Source: Prorocentrum cordatum (lineage: Eukaryota). Taken from it: a stretch of DNA of 64,000 nucleotides. The position numbers and the translations under genes are program-made. Positions 11,961 through 25,111 of this stretch are shown in pieces (within the stretch, counting starts at the first letter, position 1; each line of letters begins with the position of its first letter). The notes beneath the pieces are model-generated. The model did not search any database, was not told the DNA's origin, and saw only the letters and a program-made list of their open reading frames with translations. Location of the stretch: the NCBI GenBank assembly GCA_963575745.1, contig CAUYUJ010000002.1, positions 2,294,001 through 2,358,000 of the forward strand, written 5' to 3'.

Positions 11961-13924
11961 CCTCCCCGGGGTGTTATGTAAGGTGTTTTGTAGGACGCCA
12001 CGCCCCAGCGGAGGTTTCAGGCCGACCGAGCCTCAGTCGGCCCAGAGGTTTCTCGAGGCATTGGTGTTGCTGCCCCCCTCCCAAAAAAAATTGAGGAAGG
12101 AGGAGGAGGAGGAGGAGGAAGGAGTGGGGGAGGAAGGGAAGAGGGGAGGAGGGGAGCCTCGCGGCGCAGCGGAGAGACAACGAGGACCCAACAACACAGT
12201 TGTCGCCGCGGTTGTCATTTACTGTTTCGCCGATCGGCGCGGGTCCCTGCCCCGACCCCCCTCCCCCTCCCCATCTAGCAGATGTTGGTTGCTTTGGGCA
12301 GCTGCTTTCTGGCGGCTGGCAAGGATCCCTCACCCCAGTCTGCTGGCGCGACTGGCAGAATCGGCCGGCTGAGCATTGGCCCAGACCCAGATCCCCCCCC
12401 CTCTCCCCAACTCTTCGGCCAAATGCCGAAATTCCGAATACCAAAAACGCCTACGCTGGGTTGGTAGCAACTTGGCAACAAGTTGTTGTTCAATGGTTTT
12501 GGCTTTGCAGGTATCAATGATCTTCTCGGACCCCAAGGTGGTAGGGCGGCAGGCCCCGTGACAGTCCCAAGAAGCTTCAGAATTGCCCACGACGGTCCCC
12601 CAGAGACCATTGAGAGTTCTTCAAGATGCTCCAGACAGTCATCGAAGAGGATGTAACGACGTAAGCCTGTATAGTTGCAATGACAGTTGCCTTCTATGAT
12701 ACGTCTTATGCGCGGAACGTGTCCCGTGGAGTGTTGCCCCCAACATGCATAGCGAATATCTCTTTCCCATGCGAGCCTCACGAACTAACGCACAGGCGGT
12801 TGGCAGCAATGATAGAAGATAGGTCGGCGGAGTTCCCGCGGCAGCCAAGTTTAAACAGTTGCAGCACGGCAAGCCCATCATGATCATACAAGTCACATGT
12901 TCGCTTACCCGAGGCCTGGCCCCAATCACAGTTCTCTGTCGAGCACGGTGTGCAGCAGCTTGCGGAAGGGGTCGCCACAGCTCGCTCATGCCTTATTCTG
13001 GTACTTGGAAGCTGGATATACGTGACGCGGCCAACCTGGGCGAGAGTCGGATATGTTTGTTGTCCAGCTCTCGGCCCTCCTATGGCCGGGCACGTCGGGC
13101 TTCCGCATGCTTATCCGGGAGGTGGCCTCCGAATGTTCCACGTGTTTCCAAGAAACGTTTTTGCCCGCACGCTTGCCATACAGTTCTTGATGCCAATGGA
13201 CAATGCAGTCCGCGCGCAGACCGCGTAGCATTGATTGCTTGCACGCGCCTGCTCACACCACTACGGATCCGATCCCAGCTGCAGCCCCAATGCGGGCGTT
13301 CGCAGCTGTAGGCGACCGCCGCACCAGCGACATGGCTGATGAAGTGACAGCAAATTCTGCCTGCTCACTGAACAGCACGGCTGGGCGATGGGCAGGACGA
13401 CCACATTTACACATTCGCGGAATGGGTGAAGCAGCGGCCTCCCATTTGGTGCCCTACAGGGGGGGGGGGAGGATTCGCAGTAGAGAGGTTTAGAGAATTG
13501 CAAAGAGTGAGCGGGGACAGGCACTTGTAAGGCGGACGATGTGGTCGGCCACTCCTTGGTCCGCACCTCTTGATCCCCACTTTGCATGGATGGCTTGGGG
13601 AAACGAGCGTAATCAACCATGTGCGATTCGGGATCAGAGGATGAGAGACGTGAAGCGGAGTGACCTCCCCCACCAGGAAGCCAGTTTCGGTTCGGTTAGT
13701 ATTGCGCGTGCCGCGTACGGGCGAGGCGATTACGCGATACGTGTACTGGCGAGAGAGGGGTAGCCGCCCGCAGCTAGGGGCAAGATCGACAACAACGCGT
13801 CGGCCTTTTCAAAGGATTGGGACCTTCGGGTTGTCCCAGGGGTGTCCTGCGCCGTTGCCCCGCAGTTGCTCTACAGTTGTTTCGTGGTTTTCCCGTGTGG
13901 AACAAGCGCGGTCATGTTTCGAGG

Positions 13925-16035
13925 GGGACCCAGGAGGCCGCAGAGATGGCTCCAGACGCCTTTCAGGACGACTCCCATGACGCCAAGAAGGCCCCCGCCC
14001 AAGAGGCACCCAGAGAGTGCTCCGATAAGCCAAAATTGTATATTCCCGATGGGGAAAGAACTATTTTTGGCGTGTTCGCCTTTGGGGCTTCCACTGCGTC
14101 CAAGAGACGGCCCAAGGGGCCCCCAAGACTGCCCCACAGGCTCCCTCCCAAGAGGGCTCCAAGACGACCCCAAGAGGGTCCCAATACGGTCCGAGAGGCT
14201 CCCTAGACAGCCCAAGAGAGCCCCAGGACGAGCCCCAGAGGGGTCCCAGAGGTACACAACCATATTCAAATTCCGAGCTTTCGGCCCCAGAGGCTCCCAG
14301 AAGGCCCCAAGAGGTCCCCAGGAGGCCCCAAGAGGCCCCCCAGAGGCCCCAAGAGGCCCCCAAGAGACCCCCAGGAGGCTCCAGCATTGGTGTTCTATGC
14401 TTTCTATGCCTGCCGCGTTGCGCCGTTTGAGTTTCTTTGCCTGCCACCAGTCCCTTGGTCAGAGGACCAGGTGCTGATGTGCGAACCTCCCGCCAGAGGG
14501 TTGTATGTTCCCCATGTGACGTCTATGGGTGCGCATGCGCGCGGGCCAACCACGCGGTTGGCCTTGTGATAGTTCGCAGGACTTCTTTATTATCGATTTC
14601 CTATGGGGAAACTGGTATTTTTGGCGTGTTCGCCTTTTGGACTTCCACTGCGTCCAAGACGGCCCAAGAGGCACCCAAGACGGTCGAGGATGCCCCCAAG
14701 AGGGCTCCAAGACGGCCCACGAGAGGGCCAAGACGGCCCACGAGACGCCTAAACCGCTCAACAACGCCCCAAGTCGGCGCCCAAGACGGGCACGAGGAAC
14801 CGAAAATGCGAGCCATTTGGCCCAAGAGGCCTCCAGGAGACCCCGAGAGGCTCCAAGAAGCGCCCAAGAAGCCCCAAGAGGCCCCCATGAGACCAGAAAA
14901 AAACACCAAAAGAGGCACCGAAGACGCCCCAAGAGGCACCCCAATAGAAGCCCAAATAAGCAAACATTGTCGATTCCCTATGGGGAAACTGCTATTTTTG
15001 GCGTGTTCGCCTTTGGGACTTCCACTGCGTCCAAGACGGCCCAAGAGGCCCACGAGGGGGCCAAGACGGCCCACGAGACGCCTACCGCTCAACAACGCCC
15101 CAAGTCGGCGCCCAAGACGGGGACGAGGAACCGAAAATGCGAGTCATTTGGCCCAAGAGGCAAGCGCCCAAGAAGCCCCAAGAGGCCCCCACGAGACCCG
15201 CGAAAACACAAAAAGAGCTCCCGAACACGTCCCCCAATAAGCAAAAATCGTCGATTTCCTATGGGGAAACTGCTATTTTTGGCGTGTTCGCCTTTTGGGC
15301 TTCCACTGCGTCCAAGACGGCCCAAGAGGCCCCCAAGACTGCTCCACAGGTTCCCAAGAGGGCTCCAAGACGACTCCAAGAGAGTCCCATGACGGCCCGA
15401 GAGGCTCCCTAGACAGCCCAAGAGAGCCCCAGGACGAGCCCCAGAGGGGTCCCAGGGTACACAACCATATTCAAATTCCGAGCTTTCGGCCCCAGAGGCT
15501 CACAGAAGGCCCCCAGGAGGCCCTAAGAGGCCCCCCAGAGGCCCCAAGAGGCCCCTGGTCAGGGGGCCGGGGGCCGGCGCCACGACGACAAATGTGGGGC
15601 CCGGCGCGCTGGAAGCCTTGCCGGAGCGCCGGGGGCCATCCAAGATCGCCCGAAGATGGCTTCGGAAAGCTCGAAAACGCGCTCCGATGGCTCTGGATGC
15701 CTTTCAAGACGACTCCCATGACGCCAAGAAGGCCCCCGAAGGCCCCGAAGACGCCCCAAGAGGCACCCCGAGAGAGCTCCAATAAGCAAAAATCGTCGAT
15801 TTCCTATGGGGAAGCTGCTATTTTTGACTGCGTCCAAGACGGCCTATGAGGCGCCCAAGCCCGTCGGGGATGCCCCCAAGAGGGCCCCAAGACAGCCCAC
15901 GAGGGAGCCAAGACTGCCCACGAGGCGCCCAAACCGCTCAAGAACGCCCCAAGGCGGCGCACAAGACGGGGACGAGGAACTGGAAATTCGCGCCTTTTGG
16001 CCCAAGAGACCCCCAGGAGACCCCAAGAGGCTCCA
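13925..16035 (+). repeat. Complex ccaaga/ggcccc-rich repeat array with higher-order internal duplications
   Basis: Block tcgatttcctatggggaaactgctatttttggcgtgttcgcc recurs at ~14045, 14594, 14970, 15252 and 15797; reverse-complement composition resembles the tcttgg repeats at 35-48 kb. Confidence 0.85.
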
Positions 16036-16039
16036 AGAA

Positions 16040-16382
16040 GCGCCCCGGAAGCCCCAAAGTTTTCAGGTGCTCCAAATGCCTCACGGCCCCGTCTGGGGCA
16101 GCGGAGGCCTGGCTCCGCTCGGAGTGCCCTGGCTTCCCTGCTAGGATCCACCCTTCCCACCGTCACCTCCAGAGATTCCGTGGCGTCTTCTGGTGCCGCG
16201 ATTGTGGTAGTTATGCAGCTACCACCTCTGACAAGTTCCCTAAGCCCTATCTCGAGAAGACCTCGGCGCACGGGGAGAGAGTCCTCAAAGCACTGGAGGC
16301 AGGGAGACTCCCGAGGGACGTCAAGGCCTGGCCCGAGCCTGAACCCCACCTGGAGCTCCCACCCCCAGTTGCCTTTTTCTGA
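16040..16382 (+). mobile_element. 3'-terminal LINE fragment (Cys/His-rich domain)
   Basis: FRCSKC..ECPG..IHPSHRHL..FWCRDCGSY..LKALEAGRLP parallels the C-termini of the LINEs at ~3570-3900 (minus) and ~11630-11910 (plus). Confidence 0.65.
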
Positions 16383-16521
16383 TTCGGGGAGGGGGCCCTG
16401 CCGCGGCTCATTGGCTGGGTGGATCGCAGCCCAGTCGGCGAGTGACAAACCAAGATGGGCCCCCTCCGATTTTTTATATAGGAGCTCCGCCATCATGTGG
16501 ACACTGCCCTACAGGTAGGCA

Positions 16522-16955
16522 AGAGGCAAGAGGAGTAGGAGGAGGAGGAGGAGGAGGAGGAGGAGGAGGGAGGAGGAGGAGGAGGAGGAGGGAGAGGGAG
16601 GAGGGAGGAGGGAGGAGGGAGGAGGGAGGGGAGGAGGAGGAGGAGGAGAGGAGGAGGGGGAGGAGGAGGAGGAGGAGGGAGGAGGAGGGAGGAGGAGGAG
16701 AGGGAGGAGGAGGGAGGATGAGGAGGAGGATGAGGAGGAGGAAGAGGAGGAGGAGGGAGAAGGAGGAGGAGAGGGGAGGAGGAGGAGGGAGGAGGAGGAG
16801 GAGAGGAGGAGGAGAGGGAGGAGGGGGAGGAGGGAGGAGGAGGGAGGGAGGAGGAGGGAGGAGGGGAGGAGGAAGGAGGAGGAGGAGGAGGAGGAGGAGG
16901 AAGAGGAGGAGGAGGGAGCTGGAAGAGGAGGAGGAGGAGGAGGAGGAGGAGGAGG
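16522..16955. repeat. (GAG/GGA)n purine microsatellite
   Basis: Direct reading. Confidence 0.95.
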
Positions 16956-19242
16956 ACAAGTCGAGACCGTTGGTGCTTGCCGTCGCCTGGCGTTCTGAAG
17001 GTCCCCGTGCTTGTAGAAGGCCCCTTGTTTGGACGTCATGGGCGCTGTTCGGGCCCCACTTCGCAGCGGGTCCGAGTCCGATCCCGAGACGACGTCGGCT
17101 TCGACGTCGTCTTGGACACCAACGTGGGGCCGCCCTGCGCCCCGAGGTAGGGACAGAGACCGCCAGAGGAGCGGAGACTTTCAGGGGTGAGGAAGCGATA
17201 AAGGGTGGCTATAGCAAGACGATATGTTCTCCTTCGTCTTCCGGTGCACCCCATCGCTTACTTGACCTGCGCCTGACTGTTTTGGACCACTCGGCGCCCG
17301 CGGACTTCTAAAAGTGTCCTAGCAAGACCAGGGAGATGCAACCTGCGCACCTCGGGTGTCTGTCGGATTTCGAGCGTGCTGAAGAAGTGCACGTGGTTTC
17401 GAACAGCTAGGCATACACAGGAAGAAGGAGTCGTCAAAGACGTCGGAGGCGCATCACTAGTTCGTTCCGTAGCTAGAGGTGAGGAACAGCGATACAATGG
17501 TGTTGCGTTGCCTCTTGAGGTCCTGGAGGGGGGATGTGGATGGGTTCTTGGAGTCCAACTGGGGGTTTGTTAGGCATCTTGGGGCCATCTTGCGGAGGCT
17601 CGCTGGATGACTTCCGAGCCGCGCTCATGGAGTCCAGTCGTGTATTGTCTTTCGGGGCCTTCTTGGAACCTTGTCGGGCTCTCTGGGAGCGCTTGTTGGA
17701 GCTCTTTGTGGTGCTCTGTTGAGGCTCTCTTGGAGCCGAGAGCGGTCCTCTTAGACCCTTGTTAAGGCCTTCTGGTGACATCCTACGCTGAATGGAGAAA
17801 TCATCGAACAGCAAGTTTTTGTTCTACTGATGTGGGCATCTCGGCGGCATCCTTCGGAGGAACTGAAGCCACCTTGGAATCAGCCTGGGACGATATTGGA
17901 GCATCTTGGTTCCATCATGAAGGTCAGAATGGGCCAAGGTGGGGACGCTTGGTTTCGTGCTAGCGGTAACGCCCGTCATGGTGACGCCATAGCAGGTTTT
18001 CGGCTCTCTTGCTTGCGATCGTAGAAGTGAAGGCAGGTTGAGTCCGTGGGGATATTGCGTTCGAGCTCGAGGCTGGTAGGTCGCAGTCGACTCACATCCC
18101 ACCGCTAGCTGCAGAATCGGGGGGGGCCTCCTCTCGCGGCCGACCGAGTCGGCACTCAGAAGATTGCACGCGCAGGGTACTGTTTGAAGGACGTGCGGCG
18201 GCCACGATTCGCGGGCCATCTCGGAGCGACCTGGGAGAGAGGAGGAGACAGGTCGCCCGCAGCGGCGCGAGGGGCATCGCACGGCGTGCTCCGCAGGCGG
18301 GGCGGGACAGTCGTCTTTCTTCAGGGGGCGGCGAGAGAGAGCGACGGCAGCAACGTTCCACGCCTCGGCGCGGCTCGAGGCGCGAGGCGCGAGGGCCAGG
18401 GCTGGACTTACACGTTGTGTTGCTGGATCTCGGGTTTCGTTCTGCCTGTCGTTGTGGCAGAGAGGCCCAGGGGAAGAGGCAGGGCAGCTCGAAAAACAAG
18501 TCGGGCAGCGACACGAAGAGCACCGTTGAGGTCCAGCCCTGGCGAGGGTCGGGTGGCGCGAGCAAGCAGCAGCAGAGGGACGCAGTGGGGAGAGGAGCAG
18601 GGGCAACGGGGGGGGAAGACGACGGGGACGTGGAGTGGGGGCATCGCCCCAGGAAGAGCAGGAGCAGCAGGAGGCGGTCGGAGCACGCCTGCCCCCGCCG
18701 AGGCGCTGGGAGGCCGCCGGCCAGGGCCTCGGCTGGGATTTCCCTCCGACGAAGGCCCGCGGCCGCTCCCGCGGGCCCGGGCCACTCCAGGGCCCAGGAT
18801 GGGTGCATGTCCTCCTCCTCCTCCTCCTCCTCCTCTTCCTGCTCCCCCTCCTTCCTCCTCTTCCTCCTCCTCCTTCTCTTCCTCCTCCTCTTCCTCCTCC
18901 CCCTCCTCTTCCTTTTCGACGTTAGTCTAACATCAGCGGCGGGGTTGTTGCGTTCATGTCATCCCCCTCTTCGTTGACGCTGGGCAAACATCAGCGGAGG
19001 GGCTGTTGCATTCCTGTCCTCCCCCTCCACTTTGACGTTTGGCAAGCATCAGCGGCGGGGCTGAGGCGTTCTGCCCTCCTCTTCCTCCTCCTCCTCCTCC
19101 TCCTCCTCCTCCTCCTCCTCTTCCTCCTTCTTCCAGCACCGACTGGTGCCTGAAGCTGCACTGATGATACATGCATTGCAAGCAATCAAGGGCAAGCGGC
19201 CTGTCCTCACCCAGTTCGCTGAACATCGGGAGCGACATTGCC

Positions 19243-20110
19243 CTATCCGTGAGCATTGCAATACGGATCAAACTGCACCTGAAATTTACGCACAACAGCG
19301 TCTATCTCTGGGTCACCAACAATAGGTACAAGGCCAGAGACGCACAACATCAACGCTTGTGCCAACGTCATGGACATCCTGGGTGGATACTGCTTGGCCG
19401 CAGCCGTCTTAAAGGCCCCGTATGCATGAGTGCCTACTAATTCCAAACAGTGTGAACTGCACCTGCACTTGCCCTGGCCATGGAGAGCACGGATTAGGTC
19501 GAGCAGCGCCAAAGCATTAATGGCCATCAACGTCGTCGGTTTCCGAGACGGGGCACCACAACAACACTGGTCAAAATTCACAAACACTTGACGGACGCAC
19601 GGGGTCGAAATCCCAAGAGGGCCTTTACTTCTGGAAGCTTCCAAATCGAGGGCGATTGGGCACATTCGGGTTCGGCAGGGCGCTCAACAATACAGGCCGC
19701 CCCCACCGCGCAACAAACGTAAGCCGCCTGCAAAATTGTCTGTAGCAAGCGGTTGCCTAACATCACCTCCCTCCACTCTTTGGGGGACCTACACGCTATA
19801 CCCCAGAGGTGCTGTGCTGAACGCAATACGCGGGGCTTACAACTTCCGTGCGGGGGGGGATTGGCACGGCCTTTGCTTCACGTGTTACACGGCGGCCCTC
19901 CAATCACCCCCAGGGCTTGTCTAGTCCAAAGCATCAAAAGGATCAAACTATCAGAACTCTGCTTTGTTAAATCCCCAGCCTCTGGATGATTAGCGACGTC
20001 AACTGACAACATCACGACTGGCCAAGATATGCTCCTCTGGAGCGCCTCAAAATGCATTTGCACGTCACTTTCGCGCCCCTGCCCGCTGGAAAAATGTAAA
20101 AACTAGTTGG
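19243..20110 (-). pseudogene. C5 DNA cytosine methyltransferase domain at the C-terminus of LINE ORF2
   Basis: Decayed motif I (LVFTFF..G), LSVDVA..GDLT, GVIGGPPCNT (catalytic PC), IVERP (motif VI-like), SIWKLP, FDQC.CGAPSRKPT, TAAAKQYPP; several frameshifts. Confidence 0.75.
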
Positions 20111-20119
20111 TTCATGCAG

Positions 20120-21397
20120 GAGTTCGAGGGACCACAGGCTTCAACCCCAGGACCATCATGTCTCTCAACTCCTACAGTCGAAGCTCGCACAACTGCCTGT
20201 GGCACCACTCCGCCAAGAGTCGGACCCACAAAACGCTCGGGTGGTGCATCTGCAGACAGCTGCGCGCCACTTCGGGAGCGCACGCTCTTGGCAACCTTTG
20301 AATCTTCCTCGCGCAGCGCCACAATCTCGGGCTCGATGAGGGGCTGCAAAAAAAGCATGAGCAAGGTCAGACACTTGCGAGATCCAAATCTCAAGTGCCT
20401 CAGCAAACGTCCTCGAGTGCGCCAGTCGTACCCACAAGCTTGGCAACGCGACCCGACGGCAACAGATCCAGCAACATCAAGTTGCGGATGAGCAAGAGTC
20501 CGATGACGCGACCAAGCCACCTGACTAGTAAAAACTTGATCGCAATCGCGGCACGGGAAACGAGCTCAGCTTTAGGAGGCCTGATGGCTGGTGGCACGGG
20601 CAAGCCCCCCTTCTCGCAGACCTGTTGTAGCTCGGACCTCCACACCGCTACTTCGGCCAGCGCAACATGCTGCGCCAGTGCACTTCTTTTGGCCTCCCTG
20701 CGCCAAGAGACCCGCTGCTTCCCATCTTGCCCGGCGACCCAGAGCCACCGCGCGAGCCCACCAACGGGGCCCCACTCACGGCGGACCGCAACGCGGTCCT
20801 GCATCCAGAGAACATCATGATGGATCAGTTCGGCATAAGCCCCCTTTACTAAGCAATCGAGCACGCACGACAACCTCTGTGAAGCAAAGCGCAGCATACG
20901 CCGCAAAAACCGCAACCGACGAAGGCGTAGCACATCCATAGGCGGAAGACGCTGACTAACAACATAGAGCTCGGCATTCGACCACCCTAAATATTAGCCC
21001 CCTTGCTGTTTGTGCCCCGCGGCGGCCCGAAGGGACGTCGAGTGCGCCCCTTCCAAGGACGTCGCATTGCCCGAGGAAAGCGAACCCCAAACAGCACCGT
21101 GGAAAGAAAGGAACAACATCCTGCTGTGACAGAAGGCCATAGCGAACTTAATGCGAGATGGCAACTCCGAATCATTGCCACGCTTAAAAAACAGCTCCTC
21201 GCAACCCACCTGGCACGCTCAATTGCGACCGATTGCGATGGGCCAACTCGGCGTTCATGCTACCGCTGTCATGGATCATAGAACCAAAATGCTTGCACAC
21301 GCGCGCCACATGCACACTCTTGCAAATATTGGGCACATACAAGTTACCTTTAAGGGCGTCAATGCTACCACGCACACGCCCCCCCCCCCCTCCCCCC

Positions 21398-21431
<34 letters not shown>

Positions 21432-21912
21432 GACGGGATTTAAGAGGAGGGTGGACTTGCCTTTCCCGAAATTCACTCTGAAACCCCGCACGCTCATTTC
21501 ATTGTTGACGATAGCCACGACAACGCGAGCAAGCTGCAATCTATCGCATGCACTAGCACAGGCCTGCAACAAGATCGTCCACATATGTGGGCGAGCCAAT
21601 CGGAGCATCAAGGTCTGCTCTCGACCCGCCGAGAAAAAAAAACAGCTCGCACCAGGCGCTACCTCCTGAGCGTACAGCGTTAAACCCCCTCAAACATCCG
21701 CTCTCGAATCCGTTCATGGACGGGTGAAAAGGACAAGGTAAACAGTAGGTCAGCAGGCGGCAAAACCGGACGGGACCCCGTAGGGGCTTTCGCAACTTCT
21801 TTACACACTTTGACTTGAAACCAAGACGAAGAATTACGATCCGTGACCATGTCGTGCAAGCGCCTGCTGCCGACCAACTCAAACAAAGATAGCCGTGCCC
21901 CCCCCCCCACCC

Positions 21913-21952
<40 letters not shown>

Positions 21953-24130
21953 ATCGCCCCTTTCCAGCGCGAGGGGCAGCTGCAACGCATCGATCACACT
22001 TTCCAAATCATCCTCCCCTTCGGGTACCTTAACTAAAACATCACGCATTAACTGTGTGAAACGCGGCCCGAAGGTCGGTGAAAAAATATCGAGGCGAAGG
22101 ACCCAACCATATGCAATTGTGAATAACGCTTTGCGGGTGCCGCTTTCGGTGGGGCCCCTTATGGGGCCACGAAAGGCGCGCCACGAACGCTGTCCTGGGC
22201 GTGCGGGGCGCATGAGGGCGGTAGCACTGGTGCCTTCGGTGGAGCTCCTTATGGGGCCACGAAACGTGTGAGGGGTGTGCCAAATTGGGCGCGGCGCCGC
22301 CATGCCAACGCAGCCACTGGGGCCTTCGGTGGGGCTCCCTCTGGGGCCACGAAGCGTGTGAGGGGTGCGCCAAATTGTGTGCGGCGCCGCCATGCGAACG
22401 CAGCCACTGGGGCCTTCGGTGGAGCTCCTTATGGGGCCACGAAACGTGTGAGGGGTGTGCCAACTTGGGTGCGGCGCCGCCATGCGAACGCAGCCATTGG
22501 GGCCTTCGGTGGAGCTCCCTATGGAGCCACGAAACGTGTGAGGGGTGTGCCAAATGGGTGCGGCGCGCCATGCGAACGCAGCACTGAGGCCTTCGGTGGA
22601 GCTTATGGGGCCACGAAACGTGTGAGGGGTGTGCCAAATTGGGCGCGGCGCCGCCATGCCAACGCAGCCACTGGGGCCTTCGGTGGAGCTCCCTATGGGG
22701 CCACGAAACGTGTGATGGGGTGTGCCACATTGGGTGCGGCGCCGCCATGCCAACGCAGCCATTGGGGGCCTTCGGTGGAGCTCCCTATGGGGCCACGAAG
22801 CGTGTGAGAGGTGTGCCAAATTGGGTGCGGCGCCGCCATGCGAACGCAGCCGCTGGGGCCTTCGGTGGAGCTCCCTATGGGGCCACGAAGCGTGTGAGGG
22901 GTGTGCCAAATTGGGTGCGGCGCCGCATGCGAACGCAGCCACTGGCCTTCGGTGGGGTGGGGCCACGAACGTGTGAGGGGTGTGCCAAATTGGGTGCGGC
23001 GCCGCCATGCCAACGCAGCCACTGGGGCCTTCGGTGGAGCTCCCTATGGGGCCACGAAACGTGTGAGGGGTGTGCCAAATTGGGTGCGGCGCCGCCATGC
23101 GACCACTGGGGCCTTCGGTGGAGTTCCCTTATGGGGCCACGAAACGTGTGAGGGGTGTACCAAAGTGGGTGCGGCGCCGCCATGCGAACGCAGCCACTGG
23201 GGCCTTCGGTGGAGGCCCCCATTGAAGCCACGAAGCGTGTGAGGGGTGTGCCGAAATGGGTGCGGCGCCGCCATGCGAACGCAGCCACTGGGGCCTTCGG
23301 TTGAGCTCCCTATGGGGCCACGAAACGCGTGAGGGGTGTGCCGTGATAGTGGGAGGAGGGAGGAGGGAGGGGGGAGGAGGCGGAGGAGGAGGAAGGAAGG
23401 AGAGGAGAGGTGAGGAGACGCGGGGCACCGTCTCTTCAAAACGAGGACCCAACACCACAGGATGGTTGGGAAAAAAACTGTGAACCGTCCCTGACGTTTC
23501 ATGAAGTCTTGGAACACGCGAACCTGCAAGGAAGCCCCGGCCGTGCCCCTCCCTGGTCTGCCCCCATGTTGGACGACATCCATGAGCACCGAAGCTACCT
23601 CAAGTATTTTGCGACGTAAGAACTTGCGATGATGCATGCACACATGCACGCCCAAAGAAAATCTCCCTAAAATTTGATAAGAAACGCGGGTCGCCCTTCT
23701 TGTAGAGATCATGCGCCGCTCCACCTTTCCAAGCTAGAGGCCCCCAACACATGAGTTGAACTTTAACATCAAGGGCAACAGCAATTGTGCACTAACATCA
23801 GGGGCCGCTTTGTACATGTCATTGATGGTCAAGTCAGGCCCCGCAGCGCGCCTACTCGATGCACTCAGGATGGCCATTCGCAAGGAATCAAGCCCCATGA
23901 TATCGGCTATCTCACGCAACCCTCTCGAACTAAACGCCCTCTGCGTGTTATATGCTTGGCCATGCTGGCCAACTGAGCATGCTGTGGCTTTCTCAGCCTT
24001 CGCAAAGTGCTGCAGCAAACCTAACGCCGACGCTTCTTGGGAGCCAGGCCCACCGTGCTCATCCATTCCTAAAGGCAATACCCCGCTGTCCCCCTTTTGT
24101 CCTGACCCCTCCACATGCGAGCAAGCACCT
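20120..24130 (-). pseudogene. LINE reverse transcriptase, thumb and C-terminal Zn finger (split by 22081-23477)
   Basis: RAAGPD, YKKGDPR..NFREI, QHGGRPGRGT, FTDLRAAFHTV, GSRPG-like, PTYVDDL, VNFGKGKS, LRLRRLRFLRRM, CQACGYDWRTRGRLLRHL. Confidence 0.85.
22081..23477 (-). mobile_element. Family A Helentron/DINE-like element with 90-bp satellite (~13 units)
   Basis: A-run + gcgaaggacccaaccatatgca ... 90-bp array ... purine tract + gagacgcggggcaccgtctcttcaaaacgaggacccaacaccacaggatggttggg + A-run; inserted in an A-run inside the RT coding region. Confidence 0.75.
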
Positions 24131-25052
24131 TACTGGCCTCCACTCCTCCCTGCCGTGCCCCGACTCCGCTGCCTCTTTGACACCTGCGGCTGTGTCACGC
24201 AATACTTCGGTCCCGAAGGTTCCTTCTGGGGGCGCCCTGCGGTCTCCTCAAGAAGGCAAGCATAGCCTCAGCAATATCAGGCATGGTCAAGTCACCTGCC
24301 TTCCACAACCTGCACGAAAAGGCCAAGATACCCAAGGCCTCACTAAACCCGGTGAAACTCTAGAGGATTGCTCTAACTTCGCGGTCAGTACTGCCAGCAG
24401 TGCCCAAAACAGAATCAATCAGGCAATACAACGACCAAGTGTTACAGTCCCTGTACCTCCTGAGGGCCCCCCGAACGCCGCGACGGAACCGAATGGCCCA
24501 CGCGGTATCATGTTGCACATAATTCTTGAGGGAACCTCGCTGCTTTCTGGCGAAATGCTTGGCAGCACAACGGTGCAACCATTCAGTAAACATCCTAAAA
24601 TGGTCGCACATATCTACAGACCAATGAATTTTTGGACACTGCACCAACTCAGCCGCGAACGCCTCTTGCTTGGCTAAGTCCCTGGCACCGCGCACGTCTA
24701 ACGCTGGTAAATTGCCCTTGGGCACTACAGAGTCCGCCCATTCGAGCCGCACAAAAACTGGATAGTGATCCTGATGCCTACGATCCACATCTATGTCGTG
24801 GCCAACTCCATGCTCACTGATGTGCTCGCGCCAGCACAACGGCACGCAAACGTAATCGATGCGATGCCGCGTACTCTGCTTAGACTGATACGTGCATGGA
24901 GGGGTGGAGGAGGGGGTCCAGGTATCAGCCGCACACAACTGCGCGCGACACAACGACCCATGGAACATGGCACCGTTATCGCCCTCGATATCGGCATGCC
25001 CCCCCCCCACCCCACCCCCCCACCCACCCCCCCCCCCCCCCAACCCCCCACC

Positions 25053-25111
<59 letters not shown>

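Noticed and set aside
12093..12210. Family A terminus (aacgaggacccaaca) and a target-site duplication for the 5469 LINE
   Set aside because: Partial match without the gttggg arm or satellite; the flanks are low-complexity, so a duplication cannot be established.
12520..13000. Possible DIRS-type RT remnant on the minus strand (YILFDD..LLG)
   Set aside because: Only one weak motif; flanking RT motifs are not recognisable.
18395..18500. Decayed RanBP2-like finger of another ORF1
   Set aside because: Needs a frameshift and lacks key residues; no ORF2 downstream.
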